From Octopus bimaculoides (lineage: Eukaryota), in contig NC_068981.1 of assembly GCF_001194135.2 (NCBI RefSeq), positions 156,615,590-156,679,589 on the forward strand: a DNA stretch of 64,000 nt, given 5' to 3'. The notes beneath the pieces were generated by a model. That model searched no databases. It saw only the letters and a list, made by a program, of their open reading frames with translations, and had not been told where the DNA came from. Position 1 is the stretch's first letter, and each line of letters opens with the position of its first letter. Of this stretch, positions 1 to 11,740 are shown piece by piece. The position numbers and the translations under genes are program-made.

Positions 1-502
1 TGTGCAATTGTGAGGAGAAATCGTCGAGTCACCATCCGCAAGTTATCAGAGGATGTCAGACTAGTTACGGTTCAGTTCAGTCCATTATCACCAAAGATTT
101 GGGTATGAGATGCGTGTTTGTCAAGTTTGTGCCAAAACTGCTTTCTGCGGACCAAAACGACACTTGGGTTTCAGTTGCACAAGATCTTTTTGATTGTGTC
201 GAGAACGATGAAAACCTTTTGAAAACTTTGTGTAGCCTTCTGAGCAAGTATCGCCAAGCTTTTAGCAAAATTCGATGCAGATTCTTTGCTCAACTTTCTC
301 TGTCATAGTCAATGCGACGATCACACGTTACACACACCCCTTTCAAGGACTGCTGTAAACAGCGGATGTGAGCTAAAACATTAAAGCTTAGCGCGCATGC
401 ACAGCAGCGTTCAAGGTCAATCTGCACCAAATGGCTTTACTCTCCGTGCTTTAACTTCGTTACTATAACAACAGTCCGGATACTTATTTATTAGACTACG
501 TA
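1..502 (+). mobile_element. Internally deleted mariner transposon remnant (right end)
   Basis: 99-230 encodes MGMRCVFVKFVPKLLSADQ..VAQDLFDCVENDENLLK, the mariner WVPHEL-equivalent region. It ends in AGTCCGGATACTT...ACTACG-TA, resembling a mariner right TIR plus TA. Confidence 0.7.
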
Positions 503-993
503 TATGTGTGTGCGTGTACACACACAACAAAGAGATGACACCAGAAAAACCAAATGTTATGTAATGAACTTCATTCGGTTACAACTGTTACCCTAAGCGC
601 ATGCGTATATTTACATATCTTTTTCTGTCTTGAGATATAACTTTCCATAGCCATCAACATAAACATTCTCACTCATAATGCCTGTATGTTCTGAAAATGT
701 AACTTTCTCAAATAAAGTACACTTCATTTTCCAGCCTCTGATAAAGCTAAAAGATGCTATCCTGGTACTCAACTAAGAGTCCACCACGTCTTATACCAGA
801 AACAGCTGTAAGCTAATGAATTGCATTACATAACGTTTGCCTTTTCCGGTGTCGTCTCTCTGTTTTCTATTACCACCTCATAGTCATCTAACATTGTGTT
901 CTGAACCATAAGTATATTGAGTTCTACATCAGGTTATTAGTCTCGCAATGCCTAAGTGAAATATTACAATGTGTGAGTGTGCGTGTATACGTA

Positions 994-1027
994 CGCGCGC
1001 GCGCGCAATTAAACGCGCGCGCGCGCG

Positions 1028-1081
<54 letters not shown>
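994..1081. repeat. (CG)n runs followed by (CA)n microsatellite
   Basis: Directly visible: CG runs at 994-1006 and 1014-1036, then (AC)n to 1081. Confidence 0.95.
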
Positions 1082-1082
<1 letters not shown>

Positions 1083-1804
1083 TTCACTAAAAATTTATTA
1101 CTTTGTTTGAACATTCCTTGTCACTTTTTACGACGTGCATTTTATCTCAGCGACAGTTTATTTTATAAACACTTCTTTTTCACTGGTCTGACAATGAGCG
1201 ACGTGCATTTGTGACGAAATATTTATTCATTGTTTATTTATTTCATTAAATTTTCCTGTATCGTCTGTTATAGGTTCAACCAAAGATTGACAAGAGAGTG
1301 TGCATAACTCAGCGCAGAACAAATATCTCAAGCGGGTATAAAGGCAACTGGTTTTATACACTGCCTTTAGATATTGAACATAAGAAAATAGCACATAAAC
1401 ACATATGCATGTTCGCATAGAAGCATGCACATACACACACATAACTTTGGGTAATGCCGGTATTCTGGTTTTCTTACTGATGCTTATATCCTTATTAATT
1501 TATCAGTGCAAGATTTACACGCACACGCGCGCGTGCATATACGCATAGATACATGCTTTTACTTGTTTCAGTCATTGGACTACGGACATTCTGGGGGCAA
1601 TACATTCAAGGACTTAATCAAACAAATAGACTCCCACAGCCTTGTACTTACTTCAACTGGAACTTATATTATCGATGTTTATTCATCAGACCTTTAATTT
1701 ACGGGACTTAATCATACAATACTACAAATCGCAACGAATTCTGAAATCTAAACATAAACAATGACTTGCACAGTCAAGCATTCAATCACACATACATACA
1801 TACA

Positions 1805-2020
1805 TGGTGGTGGTTGTCTACTCCTTACACAGAGTTTGACCACCTCCTGTACCTACACCTTAGCCCCTTCATGGCGTCTGATGTGGCTTTTTAAACTAGA
1901 CAATGTTCTGAAAAAACACCTACACAGATTGCACCTCTGATTTGAACTACCAATACCTGCAGATAAGTTCTGCTCATTGTGGATCTTAACATGTCTTTTA
2001 ACATCCCCATTGAATTTGCA
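1805..2020 (-). mobile_element. Probable 5'-truncated RTE-like LINE 3' end with C-terminal C2H2 zinc fingers
   Basis: Minus ORF reads ..CKFNGDVKRHVKIH..RCNLCRCFFRTLSSLKSHIRRHEGAKV*: one complete CxxC-x12-HxxxH finger and half of another. A ~50-nt 3' UTR runs into (TGTA)n, and there is no splice acceptor upstream. Confidence 0.5.
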
Positions 2021-2050
<30 letters not shown>

Positions 2051-2051
<1 letters not shown>

Positions 2052-2138
2052 CCGACTTACAAATGATATTTATACCAATAATAACTGGAGCATTTGGTTT
2101 TGTAAGTAAATGCCTAACTGTAAATCTGGATAAGCTTA
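2051..2138 (+). mobile_element. RLE-type non-LTR retrotransposon C-terminal fragment (cut by gap)
   Basis: Reads LQMIFIPIITGAFGFVSKCLTVNLDKL, homologous to 19470-19560 and 49100-49190. Confidence 0.65.
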
Positions 2139-2539
2139 NNNNNNNNNNNNNNNNNNNNNNNNNNNNNNNNNNNNNNNNNNNNNNNNNNNNNNNNNNNNNN
2201 NNNNNNNNNNNNNNNNNNNNNNNNNNNNNNNNNNNNNNNNNNNNNNNNNNNNNNNNNNNNNNNNNNNNNNNNNNNNNNNNNNNNNNNNNNNNNNNNNNNN
2301 NNNNNNNNNNNNNNNNNNNNNNNNNNNNNNNNNNNNNNNNNNNNNNNNNNNNNNNNNNNNNNNNNNNNNNNNNNNNNNNNNNNNNNNNNNNNNNNNNNNN
2401 NNNNNNNNNNNNNNNNNNNNNNNNNNNNNNNNNNNNNNNNNNNNNNNNNNNNNNNNNNNNNNNNNNNNNNNNNNNNNNNNNNNNNNNNNNNNNNNNNNNN
2501 NNNNNNNNNNNNNNNNNNNNNNNNNNNNNNNNNNNNNNN
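2139..2539. other. Assembly gap (others at 26506-26744, 38110-38528, 39186-39906, 47412-47884, 56184-56821, 62563-62688)
   Basis: Runs of N; most abut dinucleotide microsatellites. Confidence 1.
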
Positions 2540-2559
2540 TATATATATATATATATATG

Positions 2560-2660
2560 ACGGTCTTCTTTCAGGTTCCGTCAAGCAGATCCATTCACAA
2601 AGCGTTGGTCAACCCGGAACCATGTGGTTGAAAAGCTACCTTATTACCACACAGACACTT
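2560..2660 (-). mobile_element. SINE family A head fragment (internally deleted)
   Basis: Reverse complement matches the GTGTGGTAA..CAACCACATGGTTCCGGG head of the copies at 23874 and 62487. Confidence 0.6.
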
Positions 2661-2826
2661 CAAGCAATCCGCAGAAAATACAAAACACAACTTTCAGGAA
2701 CAATAGCGGTTTATTGGGGTGGAAGGTTACGGATTTTTTCGAAGTACGATAAGCTGAAAAAATTTTATCTAATATTTCACGGTAGGCAGCCAGGGTTGCC
2801 GAGTATGCGAATAAAAATATAGGAGT

Positions 2827-3155
2827 TAAGGGATGGAATAGATAAAATCCGGGCTACAAATGTTTCATAGCAAGCAGAACCTCGGAAGTGGTAAATATCC
2901 AAGCGAGGTGTATACCGAAGGCTACTCTTCAGCTCAAGGGTATCATTGTCGTTAGGAAAAAGATTCTGATCGAATCTTCCGTGTGTTAACATGTGCCTCC
3001 TAATGACAATGTATACTTCATTTAATCAAGATATCCTTGGCCTGAAGAGTAGTCTGCGGTATACACCTCGCTTGGATTTTTACCACTTCCGAGGTTCTGC
3101 TTACTATGAAACATTTGAACATTTGTAGCCCGGATTTTATCTACTCCATTCCTTA
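2827..3155. mobile_element. Fold-back MITE with ~120-bp inverted arms
   Basis: 2827-2944 is the near-perfect reverse complement of 3030-3155 (one short indel, a few substitutions). TA/TTAA-like flanks. Confidence 0.85.
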
Positions 3156-3413
3156 TATATATATATATGAATAAATAAAGATATTATTATTAATAAACAA
3201 TAATAGTATATAAGTGGCTAGCAAGCATGAAAACCAAAAAGCCACAGTATCACTGAAAATTTCGAAGTGATTGTCACCCTTTTTCTTGTAAAAGTTTAAT
3301 AATAAACGCGTACTCTACTAAAAAAAAAATAGAGAAAATTTTCAGTTTAATGCTAGATTGCTTTTATATAGAACTTGACAGTAAAACATGTGTATGTATG
3401 TATGTATGTATGT

Positions 3414-4012
3414 AGGATCTTTTTTAAAACGGGGGCCACATTTTTCATTAACGAAACACTTTGAAACTTGGAACACTGGTAGAATGTGTCATATAAAACA
3501 TCTTTTTCTCTTAGTCTTCTTAAAAAAAAAAGAAATCCATAAATTATTCCATGTTAAAGTTGTTGTATTTCTGTAATTTCAACCAATCACTGACGTCCAT
3601 TCAGCCGATATACATTAAGTGCCGACTACATAAACAAACGATTCTGAAACAATTAACCCTAACCCTAACCCTAACTCTAACCCTAACCCTAACCCTAGGG
3701 TTAGGGTTAGGGTTAGGGTTAAAGCAAATTTAAAATGAAAAAAGCAAATAAAACGAAGGTATGGAGATTAAATACGCTTCACATCGCTTAATCAGCCAAG
3801 GAGTAAATGTAAACAACTGAATACTTGTCAGTGATTGGTTGAAATTATCGAAATAAGACAATTTTTTACATGAAATAAATTCGAATACAAAAATATTTTT
3901 CTGTTCTATAACACAAAATAGATAAGTATACGAAGTTTGAAAGTCTTTCGGTACCAAAAACACTACGTAAAACATTAATGAAAAATGTGGCCCCCGTTTT
4001 AAAAAAGATCCT
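3414..4012. mobile_element. Non-autonomous TIR element with telomeric-repeat core
   Basis: Perfect terminal inverted match AGGATCTTTTTTAAAACGGGGGCCACATTTTTCATTAA, plus an internal inverted block AATTTCAACCAATCACTGAC. Inserted in (TGTA)n. Confidence 0.85.
3654..3721. repeat. Interstitial telomeric repeat (TAACCC)n inverted to (GGGTTA)n
   Basis: About 7 TAACCC units (one TAACTC variant), the palindromic junction AACCCTAGGGTT, then 4 GGGTTA units. Confidence 0.95.
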
Positions 4013-4841
4013 GTATGTATGTATGTATGTATGCATGCATGCATGCATGTATGTATGTACCTGTGAGTGTGTGTGTATTTCTTTTTATATCAAGTTATAA
4101 ACATGCACAAAAATGATGGTCTCTTCCATCCAATTTGGCGTATAGTGGTCCGAACTTCAGAAGAAAAAAGATTTAGTTGTTATAGTTCTGTCACTTGTGA
4201 GATTATAATCTAGCAAATGATTACAATTGGAATAGATTATTTGCTTATATATAGCTGTGAAGTCATGAGTAGGACCAATGAGGATGTGGTTTAACGGAAA
4301 CTCGGCTACTATTTGTTATATGTACGCAATATACAACGTCTTCCTCAGGTTTGTAGCGGCGTAACTTTCTTCTAGAACGAGAGCTAAAGTGCACCGCTCT
4401 CACTGTGTTCTTTCGGTATACTAGACAACAATCCTAAATGTCTAAGAACTCGGACTACACACTCAAGTACATATACATACATATGCGCGTGCTACATATA
4501 TATTTTATCCATTTTACTAATTTCTGTCAATGGGCTGCTATTATGCTGAGGACCAACTTCAAGGATTCTAGGCGATCATATCGGCCCTAGTATTTATTTA
4601 AGATTGGTAGTATTTTTATCGGACTCTAATGTAGCAAACTGCTGTCTGGACATAAATGGACACAACTTGGACAGTAAAATAAACATAAACGCAGGTACGC
4701 ACGAAATATATGCATACACATATGTTCGCACATTTACATATAAATGTCGGACTTCCATGCTACACAGTTTCCGTCTATCACAGTTTTCATCTATCAAATT
4801 CAAAGGTATTGAGTAATATAAGACTATAGTAAATGATATGT

Positions 4842-4907
4842 GTCCCAAATGCCGTGCGGCTGGGTCCCAAATGCCGTGCGGCTGGGTCTCAAAAGCCGTG
4901 CGGCTGG
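4842..4907. repeat. Tandem triplication of a 22-bp unit inside a decayed SINE-A (minus, ~4745-4950)
   Basis: GTCCCAAATGCCGTGCGGCTGG twice, identical, plus a variant third copy, with no spacers. Context resembles the SINE-A segment CCCAAGGTGCC...GGACTGAACCC. Confidence 0.9.
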
Positions 4908-5635
4908 ATTGAACTCAGAAACATTTGGAAGTGAAACGGACTTATTAAGATACACAAAATATGTCTGTAATCTTTCAGATACAATTCATTAATGGAAACA
5001 GAACTGCAAGCAATTGATAATGCTTTCCCCTATTTGTCGTTAGAAGTGTCATTCTTTTAAAAATTTAGACAGGTGCACTAGTTGAATATGCAGCTGGCAT
5101 TTAGTCCAGACTGTTAAATATATAAGGAAGACTACTCAGTCAAGCTGTACGTTCACTGACGAGATAGTCAAGAATTAATAGAATTTGTGTTGCTAAGGAG
5201 CCAAAGCCGATTGAAAATTCTTCAGGAGTGCTCTCACGTGGTTACGCTTAGGTACCACCTCTGATATTGGGGGAGATATCGTTGGCTGTTATAGTATCTG
5301 GTATTTTTCAGAAAGGCATGAAGTGAAAACTCCTAGACATGAGAATAAAATATATGATCTCTTGGCCTAAAATGTGCAACTTACGCACAGCCAAGAAAAA
5401 GTTAATCTTGGATAATATAATTCCAATAATAATCTAAACACAAGATCTGAAATGTTTTACGAAATGTTGTCATTTCTGAATTTTGAATTGCTGACCAATA
5501 CCATATTAAGAATACTAATATTGGATTTGAATAAGTTGATGAAAATTTTCTGTATTTATTGGATGCCATTTCACTCTCACTAAATTGAATACTTTTTTGC
5601 TGTTCCTATCTATAAAAGAACAGTACACTATACGT

Positions 5636-5820
5636 ACGTACATACATACATACATACATACATACGTACATACGTATATATATAGATACATGTGTATATA
5701 TGTACAAGCAGACCAACATACATACACACACACAAACATACCCACGCGCACACGCACACACACACACACACACAGACATACACACACAGACAGACACACA
5801 CAGACATACACACACAGACA

Positions 5821-5857
<37 letters not shown>

Positions 5858-5866
5858 ACAGACACG

Positions 5867-5903
<37 letters not shown>

Positions 5904-5972
5904 ACAGACACGCACGCACACACACACGCGCACACACACACACACGCACACACACACACACACACACACACG
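5636..5972. repeat. Compound (TACA)n/(CA)n/(CAGA)n microsatellite
   Basis: Directly visible. Confidence 0.95.
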
Positions 5973-7621
5973 TGCACAATTTTTTGCAAAGATCAGACTT
6001 TTCTCCTCTGAAACATATAGAATGACAGATTCATTCTTATTTTCTTGAAGTTATCTTTGAGAGTTGATAACGGTGGACGCTAGGTTTTTGCTTTCTTTCT
6101 CGGAAAGAAAAAATTCAGCTGAAAAGTGTCTGTGTATGGTGTACAGTACACCACGTCTTAACTATGTATCAAGAGAAAGTCACTGCAGCTGTTAGCATTT
6201 GGCCAAAGTCCACCAAACGCCTCCGTCCGCTTGTCTTTGTACTTGAAATTTGTTTTAATTATAAATTCGTTATAACAGTCAAGGCGTCTACCACCTACTG
6301 AATAGGTCAATTAGTCAAGAGACAAAAAATTTAACCTACTTACTCATTTTGCTTGCAAATATGCTTATTGAACAGTTTATTACAGTTGTTACATTTCGAA
6401 TTTTGACCTCTTCTTGAGTTACATATATTAATTATTTTCTCTGTTTATATTCTTTGTTATGTACTGAAATGACGTAGAATATTTTCTCAGAGTCAAAAAA
6501 TTTTCTGTGAAAATCTCATGCCTTTCCCTAAATATTATAATTATCTTAAATAGGTGTGTAGCGAGCTTCACATTGTGCAAAATGTGCAATGTTCAGTACT
6601 AATCTGATAAAACAAAGTTGTTGGACAGCTTAAGCTCTCTAGGAACCAAATTGTGACACGCAAATACGTATTCAAATTGAACTAAAGATTGAACAAGGAG
6701 TTTTTTAAGACAGCAAATTTTGGAAAACACTGTTCTGGGAATAAATTTGATAAAAGTTTTAAACCAGCATGCAATGACTTAATTCAGTTCGTTTTTAATT
6801 ATGATCTAGTTTATGCAGGTAGGGAATTACTCATGCTGTTTGCAAGCCCTTTTGCGCTGTCAAGATCGATGCGCTTAATATTCAGTATGGATATCTATGG
6901 GATAATGTTGACAGAGAAAGTTTTCTAAGGGAGTACAATTCTGCAGGGGCGATTGAAAGAAAAAAAGAATTCATTACGAGATAAGTGTGACGTGGAAAAT
7001 GGAATGAGTGTACCAGGTGGGCTGGGATGAATGAGGATTTCCCACTAGCAAGTTGGATACACTCAAGCGTATATGAATATTTTTCTCAAATATCATGCTG
7101 ACTTGAGTAAACTTTATTATGTTGGTGAGCTGTAATAGACTGAAATTTGTCCACAATTGCCCCTTGCTAATCTTTTTCAACTGCATCCGAGTGATTAAGA
7201 AGTTTTCCCCAGCAATCATGAGATGCGAATTCGTTCCCACTGCGTGGAATCTTGAGCAATCATCTTTTGCCTTAGCCACGGGTCAACCTTATGAATAATA
7301 TTGGATAGACGGAATTTGTGTGAGAATCCAGTGAACAGATTGTGCTTTTAAATCAAAGGTTCAGTCTGGTAACACTGTGACACGCTCAGTCTGACTGAGA
7401 ATTATGTTAAGAGTACTTTTAAGTCTGGAATACTCAGCCACTTTCATGTTAATTCAGTGAGTGGTTAATTCAGTCGATCGTACCACTAAACACTTATCGC
7501 CGAAACCGACGGATATTCAATATTCCTTACATTAACACAAAGTGCTTTTATTGTTATTACTGTTTAGCCCAAGCCAGCCTTCATTCAAGCAGATCTCCGA
7601 ACAACGGCGTTCCGGCTTTGA

Positions 7622-7630
7622 CCCCCCGCC

Positions 7631-7721
<91 letters not shown>

Positions 7722-7756
7722 TCCTCCATCTCTCTCTCCCTCTCTCTCTCTCTCTG
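7622..7756. repeat. (TGTC)n-(TC)n microsatellite
   Basis: Directly visible. Confidence 0.95.
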
Positions 7757-7829
7757 AGATATAATGTTTCTAAGATGACAATATGCAATACATTTCTAAT
7801 TTTTACAAGATAGGATGTGAGTTATAAGA

Positions 7830-8270
7830 GATTTTGACTTCTAACCAGCCAGGTAGCCAAGAGTGGGAGAACAGTCTTCTGGCAGAAATATAACATCTTT
7901 TGGAAAGAATGAACGAGAAGTTGTGACATTCATAACTTTCCATAAGACACTTATAATATATTAAAATATCGGGTCTGTTTTTGCCTCTCTTAAGTAGAAT
8001 TGGATCATTATAATAATAATTCTTTTCCTTCGCCAGGGTTGTAGTTTCAACTAATTGAAAATTTATGGTTCGCTGCACTAAATATGTTCGCATAGACGTT
8101 ACCAATTTGCTTTCATGCAGAGTGTGTCTAAGTATTTTTTGTAGTCTTGCCTCTACTGGTTGCTTATGTTAGTACAATACCCCATAATCTAGTGCTTCTC
8201 GTAAAGACACTTGGCCTCCCACTGTTGGGACATCTCCAGGGTTGAAAAGAGGGTGGGAATATTAACAACT
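7830..8270 (-). mobile_element. Highly decayed RLE-LINE fragment
   Basis: Minus frame contains NDPILLKRGKNRPDIL, similar to the RLE NRPDIV motif; otherwise degenerate. Confidence 0.35.
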
Positions 8271-8904
8271 GTAGTAGTAGTATCAATCATAATGAGAAAC
8301 AACAATTACTACTTTAATTTTTCTTATAGCTTAGTCAGAGGAGGAAAAGCAATGCTCATGACCCTTTTACAGGGCCTTTGAGACTAGTGAAAGTAAAAGA
8401 GAAAGACATACTCAGAGCAGAGACTTGACTCGACTGCTTGTAATAGAGTACTCAAGTGCTAGAAGGTGGTATTAAACCGGGCGACGACTATAGTTTATTA
8501 TTCATATCTTACAATGTATGTGAAAAAATACGAGATGGTCATGGCTGCGCGATCAGGGCTGACCTCAGGCAAATATAGGTTACAATATAAGTTACAGCAG
8601 AAAGTATAAGTTGCAATATCAAACTAAGCTACGATATCAATTGACAAACTGTTTGGTTTTATATTAATCTCAACTGAAATAAACATTCGAAATTCGTTTC
8701 ATTGTTATTATTTTATTTGGAATTATTATTGTAGTAAGTTTGTGACTTGTTAATTTATATTTTTATGTCAGTTGAAAATACCTCTGTAACAGTTTGTTTA
8801 TAATTTGGTAATGTGTGTGTATTTGTGTTTGACTTTACAAATAGGGAAGGGAAAATTATTCAGTATATACAGTTGAGTATATATTCTTCAAGGTGAAGCT
8901 TTTT

Positions 8905-9290
8905 TCTGTTATGTACAGAAAGAGAAAAGGTCGACAAATATGGAGACCTGAAAATTGAGATCGCCAAGATCTGACAGATACGGGAGTCAAACATAAAGAT
9001 CATTCCTGTTGTCATCGGAGTATTGGGTCCAATACTATTCATCCTGAAGAAACATCTGAACACTTTAGAAATACCTTATAATCATGGTGTATTGCAAAAA
9101 TTGGCTTTACTTGGGACTGCAGGCATACTGCGTAAAGTGCTATCCGAGGTTCTTGCTTTGACTTGATAGACAGCACAAATCCCTGGTACACACAATATCT
9201 TCAATCTACAATATCACAATATTGGATACTGTGCGACGAGGGCAGAGCAGGTCTAAAAACTGCTCTATTGGAGACAGCTAGGATTCTGAG
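8905..9290 (+). mobile_element. R4/Dong-like LINE 3' end (RLE C-terminus plus UTR)
   Basis: Translates TEREKVDKYGDLKIEIAKI*..IKIIPVVIGVLG..LQKLALLGTAGILRKVLS. Confidence 0.8.
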
Positions 9291-9458
9291 ATAGGTACAT
9301 AGGTGTTGAGTGTCTTCCACGGTAAGTTAATATCTAAGTACCAAAGCTTATAATTTACAGAAAGAGACCCTGTGTGACCTCTGACAAGTTGCCGTACACT
9401 CTTACAAAATCAACCAAAGCAAATAAAACCGAGAGCTCTGAGAAGTAAAATAATAATA

Positions 9459-11720
9459 ATGGTAATAACTGACACGGCTCTAAAAGGGCTAGTAGTAATT
9501 GTGAAAAAATTCAGTGATGACATCAATATGGAATTTGGCCTTGACAAGTGTGAAAAAGCTTCGTTGAAACGTGGTAAACTGACAGCTAATACCACGGCCC
9601 AACTTCATCATGATACATCAGGCAAGGACCTGGATCAAGAGGGTTTTTATAAGTATGTGCTGGGTACACGAAGGGTAAGGGATTCAACACGGATCAACGA
9701 AAGAAAAGATCAGGAAAGAGTATTATAGACGTGTCAGAATGGTCGTGAATACTGAACTGAACTCCCAGAATAGAAAATAGAATTGCTGCTATAAACTCCT
9801 TGGTGGTACCAGTTGTCCACTATAACCATAATTTCATCAACTGGAATCTGAGTGAACCTCAGCGTATGGACATAAAGACCAGGGAACTGCTGACACTAAA
9901 CAGGTTGCACCACCCAAAATCAGACATCCACATCTCTACAAACTACAAACAAACCCTCTCCCTTTTTCTTCTCGTACAAAAATCAGACATCCACTCTATC
10001 TCCCTCAGAAGGAAGGAGGCAGAGGTCTAATCCAACTTGAAACATTCTATAAAATGACCACGATTCGACTCTAAATGTACATCCAAATTAACACCGACTG
10101 GATGATACAACTGGCAAGGCAACAGGAACAGAGTAAGAAACTACACTCAGTCTCAAAGGAGGCATATAAAATACAGACAAGAGCTTAACCGCCCTGATTA
10201 TGATGATAAAAGGGAGGACACACCACCCACTAAGGCAGCGAAAAAAGTGTAAAACAAATATGCCAAACAGGAAAGTTTGAAGGAAATACCGAGACTGTGG
10301 CAAGAAAGACCATTACATTGGCAATACCCCAAACGAACAGGGAAAGCTGATATAGATATGAGAAAAACTCATCAGTGGCTGCAGAGTGATGGTTTGAAAG
10401 CCGAAACAGTAGGATTTATCCTAGTGGCACAAGATCAGAGTCTCATCACTCGGAACTACCAAGCTAATGTCACACAGAATGAGGCAGACACAAAGTGTAG
10501 ACTCTGCAATGACAAACTTGAGAGTATTGACCACATTGTTGCTGGTTGCTTTGTCCTTGCTCCTACAGAGTATAAACCTAGACATGATCAAGTTAGCCAA
10601 TACTTGCACTGGAGCATATGCCGTCACTATGATATCCAGCACCCTAAGAACTGGTATGAACACCATCCAGATCCAATCTCTGAGGAAAAGAATGTTACCA
10701 TCCTGTGGGATTATGGAATACATATAGACAGGCAAATAAATAATAACAGACCGGACATCGTCATCAAAGACCTAAAACAAAAAAACATGCCTGTTAATTG
10801 ATATGACAGTACCTACTGATAGAAACATCTCAGCAAAGGAATTTGAAATACTGTCGAAATATAAGGGTCCCAAATGCCGTGCGGCTGGATTGAGATATCT
10901 AGGATCTGGCAATTAAAAACCAAAACCATCCCTGTTGTAGTAGGTGCCTTGGGAATGATCAAGAAAGGTAGTGACATATATTTTGACCAGATCCCTGGGA
11001 AACAAACAATCTTAGAGAATCAAAAAATTGTGTTGACGTCAACTGCCCACGTTCTCAGGAAGTTTCTCTCCGTTTAATATAAAGGTGCTTTAGGTCTCTA
11101 GTTGACACCCGGTCAGAAGATGAAATAAAATGCAGTATCTGAGCCCTAATGCAGTATCATGCCCAGATGCAGTACCAGGCACTGGCTCTCATGGCTTCTG
11201 ATCTTAACTGATTGGAAGTGTTATTATGTACATATTTTGTCTTGGTATAAAAGATGGGCTACAACAAATATTCTGCTCAATACCATAGATTTGCTTGTCA
11301 GTTGCTTGACCTTCACTAGTTGAGCATGTCTCTTGGTGGCTGACAATATGCGCGTCTCTGATCATGAGCAGAAGTAGTGGGAGAGCATCATAGCCATGTG
11401 TTGAGAAGAATTCTTTGGTATTTGAATAATTCACTTCTGGAAACGTGGGTGTTTCGATTAACATCCTTAAACAACCCTTTTTCAAAGACATTTTGAGCTG
11501 GATAAGCTACTTGACCTGCAGAAACTTCTAACTGGACTCTACTTGCAAGGTCATATGCTGTATATCTTGATATGAGATCACCATGTCGCACACATATAGT
11601 TGTGATGCATGTGCCTGGTGTCCCCTTATCGGACGGGTAGTCATGATGGATATGCTGAGTTTCCTATATTTTAGCCCAGTGTCACTTTGATGGTATGCAC
11701 TGCTCTCTCACTCAATAATA
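9459..11720 (+). mobile_element. 5'-truncated R4/Dong-like non-LTR retrotransposon (RT C-terminus, CCHC knuckle, RLE, 3' UTR)
   Basis: FSDDINMEFGLDKC; HHPKSDI; CRLC..HIVAGC; RHDQV; TILWD..NRPDIVIKD; TIPVVVGALG..STAHVLRKFL*. Several frameshifts. 11080-11720 is inferred to be 3' UTR because it ends in AAT repeats. Confidence 0.9.
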
Positions 11721-11740
11721 ATGATATTAACAATAATAAC

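Noticed and set aside
735-807. Plus-strand exon candidate (TTTTCCAG..GCT|GTAAGC; SDKAKRCYPGTQLRVHHVLYQKQ)
   Set aside because: Isolated, no recognisable homology, and no phase-compatible partner found.
1853-2041. Host C2H2 zinc-finger gene exon
   Set aside because: No splice acceptor, no TGEKP linker, ATG supplied by a microsatellite, and a LINE-like short UTR and tail. Kept as a probable retroelement end.
1979-2584. Long ORFs crossing N runs (also ~26.4, 38, 39, 47.3, 56.2 and 62.5 kb)
   Set aside because: Their length is an artefact of assembly gaps.
3654-3721. Relic of a telomere-telomere chromosome fusion
   Set aside because: End-to-end fusions give (TTAGGG)n-(CCCTAA)n. Here the order is the opposite, the array is short, and it sits inside a TIR element.
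4842-4907. CRISPR-like direct repeats
   Set aside because: Units are contiguous with no spacers, the context is eukaryotic, and the unit derives from a SINE.
929-6048. Many ORFs of poly-(HT), (CV), (YI), (MYVC) type here and throughout the window
   Set aside because: They are translations of stop-free microsatellites, with no coding signal.
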